Source of the DNA: Zygophlyctis sp. KS116
Taxonomy: Eukaryota > Fungi > Chytridiomycota
DNA: 18,266 nucleotides
Reading direction: 5' to 3'
NCBI GenBank assembly: GCA_054661495.1
Contig: BAAFSQ010000199.1
Location: 1-18,266, forward strand
The position numbers and the translations under genes were made by a program. Below, piece by piece: positions 12,184 through 18,266 of the stretch (position 1 is its first letter; every line of letters starts with the position of its first letter). The notes beneath the pieces were generated by a model, which was not told the origin of the DNA, did not search any database, and saw only the letters and a program-made list of their open reading frames with translations.

Positions 12184-12293
12184 TCAACGGCCGCAATCCT
12201 AAATCTGATTTATAGAATCGGACAGACTGCCTAAAGTCTAATGCAACCTGACGATTTATTTAATTCTACTCAACAAATAAAACTGTGATATTT

Positions 12294-13280
12294 CTATCCG
12301 ATATTGATACATGGTACAAATCGGTTGTCGAACTTGTTAGATTTCGTAATCATTGGATGAATTGCAATTCCGCAATAAAGAAAAAAATTCTTTGATAATT
12401 GTACGAGTGTTTTACCATTAGAATCTGTAGTCTGTACTGTATATGGAACACTAGTTACTTCCATCAGATCTGATCTTTCGCTTTGAGTCATGCCATTATA
12501 TTCGGCTTCAGTAAATACTCTGAAAAACGATCTTGGTAAGTCTTGATTTACATTTCCAGACAATCTAAAGTGCTGATAGGATGATTTATCAGAACGGTCT
12601 TTACATGCTTCAGGGCCGGTAGGCCATAACTCTGTATTATCACCTAAAGTATTGGCTTTTAGAGAAGTCCCAGAATATCTTCCATTACTGATTCTACCTG
12701 CAGCCAAGCTACCTAATGCTGTAAAGTCTATTTGCTTTCTTGATCTTCCTTCATAACAAGAGATTTTCTCTTTTAATCTAGAAGGCATGTTTTTTGGTCG
12801 TGACCAGATTCCTAGAATACCGTTTCTTTGGTTATTTTGACGTGCCAAATTGAAAAGCATATTGTTCTGACTTGAATCGGGAATTCCAAAGAGTGCTGGT
12901 TCATTTTCAGGGAGTGAAACCGAACCAGTGTCTTCTCCTAGGAAAGCATGCGGTCTGCCTGGTGGAATCAATGGTGACACTTGTTTAGATGGAGTATTTA
13001 ATTTTTGTGGAGGCTGGATATTCACATCAGAGATAATTGGTCGCGGTGGTCCTAAATTCCGTACATTTTTATGTGGTACCTGTGGTGAATTCATAAAACC
13101 TTGAATTTCTTGTTGGGTATTGCCAGAGTGTGTAATAGCATCTGAGAATTCATCTACATTTTCACCCCAAACTGAAGGAGATGGAATTTTGAATACCCGT
13201 TTATCTAGTCCATCCTGATTTTTCAAACAATAGGCCGTCTGAAACAAACAGAGTAGTAAAATGTGGCAAGAGAGAATCAT
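12294..13280 (-). CDS. Secreted protein (328 aa) with putative RNase T1/ribotoxin-like C-terminal domain, paralogue A
   Basis: Signal peptide MILSCHILLLCLFQTAYC, dibasic LDKR site, Pro-rich linker, and a four-Cys domain ending LYCGIAIHP...NRFVPC. Clearly homologous to the neighbouring gene. The fold is an inference. Confidence 0.7.
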   Translation of the reverse strand: MILSCHILLLCLFQTAYCLKNQDGLDKRVFKIPSPSVWGENVDEFSDAITHSGNTQQEIQGFMNSPQVPHKNVRNLGPPRPIISDVNIQPPQKLNTPSKQVSPLIPPGRPHAFLGEDTGSVSLPENEPALFGIPDSSQNNMLFNLARQNNQRNGILGIWSRPKNMPSRLKEKISCYEGRSRKQIDFTALGSLAAGRISNGRYSGTSLKANTLGDNTELWPTGPEACKDRSDKSSYQHFRLSGNVNQDLPRSFFRVFTEAEYNGMTQSERSDLMEVTSVPYTVQTTDSNGKTLVQLSKNFFLYCGIAIHPMITKSNKFDNRFVPCINIG

Positions 13281-13380
13281 TGTTTATAAAGTGATAAGAC
13301 TGATAGCCGTTCTGAACCGTTTACGGGAAGACGGACTGTCTGTGACATTCTGGACCGTAAAATGCAATTAATTTACCAAA

Positions 13381-14332
13381 CTATTTTAATGGTACACATG
13401 GAATATACCCATTATTTCCTTTTTGTTCAGGGTGAATTGCAATTCCGCAGAATAAATAGAAAACATCTTTTACTGATATTCCATCGGTTTGTCGAACTTT
13501 TATGAGATCCTTCTTTGATCCTTTGTATTCCTTTTCCTTATTAAAAACCAAGAAAAATGATCTAACTGCACTTGGTAATTCTTCATCAAACAAATCATAA
13601 TGCTCAAAGAGATCATTGTCACCTTTGCGATTACAAGGATCATCAGCTCCAGGAAATAAATGCCCCTTTTTCCCAAATTGATCTGCAATCTGATCAGCCT
13701 TGAGTTTGCTTCCTTTATAAAGTCCTCTGCTTATTTTTCCAATTTTTAAACTATTTTCAGCAGTAAATATCGCAGTTCCCAGTTTTCCTACCGGACATTG
13801 AAACCGTTTGCCGAGTATTTTCCGTTGTTTACCACTAATCTCTTGAATATCATTGATTCCTGTTACAAACTTTGGAGGACTCCTAATTTTGAGATTATTT
13901 ATTTTTAAATCTAGTTTTACTCGAGTATCCATTTTTTCAGCCAAATTATCTGAATTAATTCGATCCTTTGTGGGTAACTTTCTGCGATAGTTTTCTAGAT
14001 GTATATAATCATAATATTGTCTTTCTAGAGGACTTTTATGGCTTTTGTATGGTGGATCATGGAAATTATCAGTATTGTATTCCATAACTGAGATTTTTCT
14101 AAATCGTTGCCAGATATCAGAAGATGTAATTCTGGGAGTGATTGATCCTACTTGTTAACAATTCTTAAATTATAGATTTACCAACTGACAGTTGTTTTCC
14201 TCTATTCAATGATGTCCGAAACCCTTTCAAAACGGACGATGCACTCCTTTTCTCAAGTCTGCTGTTATCTATACTATCAAGACTCTGTAATGAGAAAACA
14301 ATCATAAAGATCAATCTCCATGAAATCATCAT
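13381..14332 (-). CDS. Secreted protein (305 aa; exons 14332-14182, 14147-13381) with putative RNase T1/ribotoxin-like domain, paralogue B
   Basis: Exon 1, absent from the ORF track, reads MMISWRLIFMIVFSLQSLDSIDNSRLEKRSASS. A 34-nt intron (14148-14181) joins it in frame to MEYNTDN. The domain reads KRFQC...DPCNR...LFEH...VRSFF...LFCGIAIHP...YIPC. Confidence 0.7.
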
Positions 14333-14515
14333 GTCTTTAAAGGATGCAGTACAAGGATGGATGTAATTTTAGAGCAAATACGGCAGCGTTTCATGACCGT
14401 CACAAAACAAATATGTTTCATTGTAAAAAATGTAAGATTATATTTATTAAAAATAATTCTAGAGCAGTTGAAATGTCAGATTCTTTACTCGGCCTGACCA
14501 AGATTTAGGCGCTGG
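14127..14515. repeat. Direct repeat copy 1 (about 390 bp): promoter, signal-peptide exon, intron and start of exon 2 of paralogue B
   Basis: Aligns by eye with 15570-15954 from TAATTCTGGGAGTG to AGATTTAGGCGCTGG. Confidence 0.97.
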
Positions 14516-14618
14516 TTGGCGCAATTACCAATATTGGCGCAATTAGATGATATTACAAAAAATTAATTGTTACTTAATCATTGATTTCTCAATAAAATTT
14601 CAAGCAATAAAAGGTTTA

Positions 14619-15515
14619 TTACTGTTGAATCTTTAATTTCTTGCTGTAGATGAGATTCTTTGGACCAAAGCAGTTTCTGAGTTGAAGGGAATCTTCAATC
14701 TTTTCGACAGTCAAATCTTCGGTAGATGCCCTGGGAGAGATAGATTTGATAGCAGTCATAAACCAAGTAAACCAGCGAAGAATTTCAGTCAAAGAAGAGC
14801 TTGAATTGTATGTTCCATCTTGTCCGATTTCCAATAGACGAGTCGTGGAAGCATAAACGACTCCATCAGTATCAATAGCAAAGAAGCGAAAGAGAAGTCC
14901 ATTGGTAAGAACAGCAAACACAGGAGTCTTTTTTCCAGCAGCCAGACGTTTCTTAAGCAAGCAGCCAGCTTCGGCAAGGACTTGAGGGATTGCACTGTCA
15001 GGCCATTCTTTCTTTGCTTCCACAACCAAAAGAAAAGAGTCCATGGTATCAACAGATTTGGTTTTAGAAGACCCAAACATATAGTCCACATCTCCAGTGT
15101 AGCTGAATCCAGTTCCTTCCCAATCATTCTTTACTTCACAGAAACCCAAAAGTTGGTCATTTGATTCATTCAGTAGAACTTGCGTAAGGATGGCATCAAT
15201 CACAATTCTGCAAGACTTTTCATTGTTCAATACCCAGACATGGTCAATCTTCGCCAAAGTTTCACAAAGCCAAAGACTAGGAGATACTGTTTCGAAATCA
15301 TCAGGGATGTGAAGTGAAGGGGCTTTGACATCAATATAGTCAATGTTCAAGGCTAGACCATCAGGTCTAACACAGTCGTTGAGAGTAGCAGAGGAGAATG
15401 GAACAGAAGGCTTGGTGGAGCCAATGAGAGCCTTGAGACCTTTCTTTTGTTTGTCTGTGAGCTGCTCCTTTTCTTTTTCTGTTAGTTCATTGAGCTTGTT
15501 CAATAGTTGGTTCAT
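14619..15515 (-). CDS. PD-(D/E)XK restriction-endonuclease-fold protein, Crinkler C-terminal REase-like, intronless (298 aa from ATG 15515)
   Basis: Motifs CRIVIDAIL, CEV, TGDVDYMF, LLVVEAKK, AIPQVLAEA and VFAVLTNGLLFRFF. The ATG is in an AAAATG context, and the frame stays open upstream to 15590. Confidence 0.8.
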   Translation of the reverse strand: MNQLLNKLNELTEKEKEQLTDKQKKGLKALIGSTKPSVPFSSATLNDCVRPDGLALNIDYIDVKAPSLHIPDDFETVSPSLWLCETLAKIDHVWVLNNEKSCRIVIDAILTQVLLNESNDQLLGFCEVKNDWEGTGFSYTGDVDYMFGSSKTKSVDTMDSFLLVVEAKKEWPDSAIPQVLAEAGCLLKKRLAAGKKTPVFAVLTNGLLFRFFAIDTDGVVYASTTRLLEIGQDGTYNSSSSLTEILRWFTWFMTAIKSISPRASTEDLTVEKIEDSLQLRNCFGPKNLIYSKKLKIQQ

Positions 15516-15564
15516 TTTAGAATTAGACAATGGTCTATAAATAGAGCGCACAGCCTTTTCCCTA

Positions 15565-15781
15565 TTATATAATTCTGGGAGTGAATGATCCTACTTGTTA
15601 ACAATTCTTAAATTATAGATTTACCAACTGACAGTTGTTTTCCTCTATTCAATGATGTCCGAAACCCTTTCAAAACGGACGATGCACTCCTTTTCTCAAG
15701 TCTGCTGTTATCTATACTATCAAGACTATCAAGACTCTGTAAAGAAAAAACAATCACAAAGATCAATCTCCATGAAATCAT
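15565..15781 (-). pseudogene. 3'-truncated copy of paralogue B (60 aa if spliced at 15591-15624), or an alternative signal-peptide exon for the nuclease
   Basis: MISWRLIFVIVFSLQSLDSLDSIDNSRLEKR...LSV|GSFTPRII*. The ATG, exon frame and splice sites are intact; a stop follows immediately after the repeat boundary. Confidence 0.65.
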
Positions 15782-15954
15782 AATATGTTTGAAGGATGCA
15801 GCGCAAGGATGGATGTAATTTTAGTGCTAATACGGCACCGTTTCATGACCGTCACAAAAGAAATATGTTTCATAGTAAAAAAGTAAGAATATTTATTAAA
15901 TAAATTCTAGAGCAGTTGAAATATCAGCCTGACAGATCCAGATTTAGGCGCTGG
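15570..15954. repeat. Direct repeat copy 2 (about 385 bp)
   Basis: Matches 14127-14515 and carries an extra 9-bp tandem duplication (ATCAAGACT). Confidence 0.97.
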
Positions 15955-15983
15955 CTAGATTAAGGGCGAAAGTTTGAAAACAA

Positions 15984-17835
15984 ATGTCATCTGTTGCATT
16001 TAGATCAAATGCAGGAATATCCATCAAGAGTCATGAAATTCAAGAGTATGTTAAATCATTTACTAATGCAAAGTCTGGATTTGACGAATCCAAAGTCGTT
16101 TAAATATTCTGAAAATGGAAAATATTTGGGAATTATTGAAAACTTGAAAGTATTGATTTATCTAGATTCTAACCTTAAACATACAATTAATCTAAAAAGT
16201 TCTCCGATAGAAATCTCATTCTCACCGCTCGGGTCTTGGCTATTGATCTTTGAAAAATACATAAAGACTGATGGAACAGTAGATCCATCTCCTAATGTGA
16301 CAATGTGGGATACTGACACTGGAGAAATGGTTTGGTCTTGGACTCAAAAATTACCAAATAACTGGCTGGGTCAATGGTCGGAAAATGAAGAAATTTATGC
16401 TAGGATGTTGAATGCTGCAGTTTCAATTTGGAATTTGAAAAACGAATCAAATTTTTGGAAAATTACTCCTGCTGTTTTGAAAGTGGATCATTTAGGTAGT
16501 TTTTCTATCTCTCCAGGGTAAGAAATTTACGTTAATTTGAAAAAGAGTTGAGCCAGTGATTGCTGTTTTTACTCAAAATAAAAAGGATGCTCCAGCTAGT
16601 GTTAAAATGTTTAATTTGGGAAATTATACTACTCCAATTACACAAAAAGCATTCTATAGAGCAGATTCAGTACAGTTTCATTGGAATAAAGCAGGATCAA
16701 ATTTATTGGCTTTTACTCATACTGATATGGATGCAACAGGTCAAAGTTATTATGGAGAAACAAATGTTTATTATTTGGATAGATTTGGAAAGTTTGATTG
16801 TCGGATTGATTTTAGTAATTTTAAATTTTTCTAATTGTAGATAAATCAGGGCCAGTACATGATGTGTCTTGGAGTCCTACAGGAAGAGAATTTGTTGTGG
16901 TTTATGGGACAATGCCTTCTAGAGCTACCTTGTTTGATCATCGTGCAAATCCAATTTATGAATTTGGAGAAGCTGCAAGAAATACAGTCAAATTTAATCA
17001 AAAAGGAAGGCTCTTGTTTATTGGAGGATTTGGTAATCTGTCGGGAGAAATCGATGTTTGGGATCGTAAAGGTTTTCAAAAATTGGCAACTTTTCAAGCA
17101 AGTAATTCTTCTACTTGTGAATGGTCACCGGATGGAAAACATATTTTAACTACTACACTCTACAAGAGATTGAAAGTAGATAATGGTTTTAAAATTTGGC
17201 ACTATAGCGGTGCTCTAATCCACCACACCGATGTCAAAGAAATGTATCAAGTAGAGTGGCAACCTAGTTCAGAAGATATTTGGCCAGATCGAACAGGTCA
17301 ATCTCCTCCACCTGTTGCTATTATTTCTCAGGTTGCTAGTCCTGGTAAGGTCAATAGACATTTTTAATTTTAAGCTAAACCCATGGGTGCATATCGTCCT
17401 CCAGGAGCAAGAGGATTAAACGATGTACCAGCTGTAATTTTCCTTTTGTAATATTATAGGAACGTTCTACTCTGTCTTCTCTTTCTTCGAATCTTAGATC
17501 ATCAAGAAGCATACCTGGCCTTAATAAAAGTAAACATAATTTGAATTTAATCAATAGAAAGAAGGGGAAAAAAGGAAACTTCTGTGGTAGAGGCAAATGT
17601 TGTCAATAATGTTCCTGCATCTACTGGGCTAGTTAATAAAGATCCTGAAAAGAGAATCAAGGCATTAAAGAAGAAGCTTAAGCAGATTGAGGAAATCAGG
17701 GAACGTATTAAATCAGGAGAGCAAGTGGAATTAACGCAAATGCAAAAATTAGATTCCGAAGCATCTATTTTAAAAGAGGTATATTAAACTTTAGGATTTA
17801 TATTTTAGTTGAATGATTTGACTCTAGAAGCTTAA
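15984..17835 (+). CDS. EIF2A: Eukaryotic translation initiation factor 2A, multi-exon
   Basis: FSPLGSWL, DATGQSYYGETNVY, WSPTGREFVVVYGTMPS, GGFGNLSGEIDVWD, RLKVDNGFKIWHYSG, AYRPPGARG and KRIKALKKKLKQIEE. The last exon LNDLTLEA* ends at 17835. Confidence 0.96.
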
Positions 17836-18015
17836 GGATATAGAAAGTATAGATATTAATTTCAAGAATAAATACCAGAATTAATCCCAAATAGTTTATC
17901 GTGTATCCTGCAAATACAATATTTGCCAAAACTTTTAAAATTACTAAACCGAGACATTAGAATTTCAATATAAAATGCTATCTCAATTTTAGAATGCTAA
18001 TTTAGCAAAAAGAAA

Positions 18016-18087
18016 CTCCCTGGCGGGGAATCGAACCCCGACCACATCAGTGAGAGTGATGTATCCTAACCATTGGACCACCAAGGA
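18016..18087 (-). tRNA. tRNA-Glu (anticodon CTC)
   Basis: 72-nt cloverleaf TCCTTGG...CCAGGGA-G with D arm GTCCAATGGTTAGGAT, anticodon arm CATCA-CTCTCAC-TGATG and T arm CGGGG-TTCGATT-CCCCG, followed by a T-run Pol III terminator. Confidence 0.97.
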
Positions 18088-18266
18088 TGAATTTTAGAAA
18101 TTAGCTTTTGATTATGAACTCATCAAACAGCTAGTTCAAACTATGCAAATTATTGACAAGGTTTTTGTTTGATAATGCCGCCCATCTCAAAAATCTTTGG
18201 CTCATGCATTGAGAAGCGATTTATTTCCATCAGTAGCCCCTGGCTTTCGCATGACAATCCGCTGGT

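Noticed and set aside
14619-15551. Bacterial restriction-modification system or contaminant
   Set aside because: There is no methyltransferase or operon context, the ORF is embedded among spliced eukaryotic genes, and such REase folds are common in fungi.
14127-15954. LTR retrotransposon
   Set aside because: The repeats lack TG...CA ends, there is no gag/pol, and the repeats are host gene sequence containing an intron.
18090-18266. Possible coding fragment at the window edge
   Set aside because: Short open frames exist on both strands with no recognisable motif, so the strand cannot be determined.

Overview
AT-rich, gene-dense eukaryotic DNA, most consistent with an early-diverging fungus, probably a chytrid. 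This is an inference from fungal-type VPS53, SEC12, eIF2A and complex I NUUM, a CRN-type nuclease and very short (about 21-34 nt) GT-AG introns. The supplied ORF track fragments the genes because of these introns. Spliced by hand, left to right: VPS53 (-); a REC114-like PH-domain gene that splices in frame onto an ING-type PHD finger (-); a CyaB-like GAF-GAF-PAS class III cyclase (-); a long coiled-coil protein (+); complex I subunit NUUM (+); SEC12 (-); an accessory block with two secreted paralogues resembling ribotoxin/RNase T1 folds and an intronless PD-(D/E)XK nuclease between two ~390-bp direct repeats (-); eIF2A (+); tRNA-Glu(CTC) (-). The best candidates for something undescribed are the REC114-PHD fusion and the secreted RNase-like/nuclease island. 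All family calls are by motif recognition; no searches were run.
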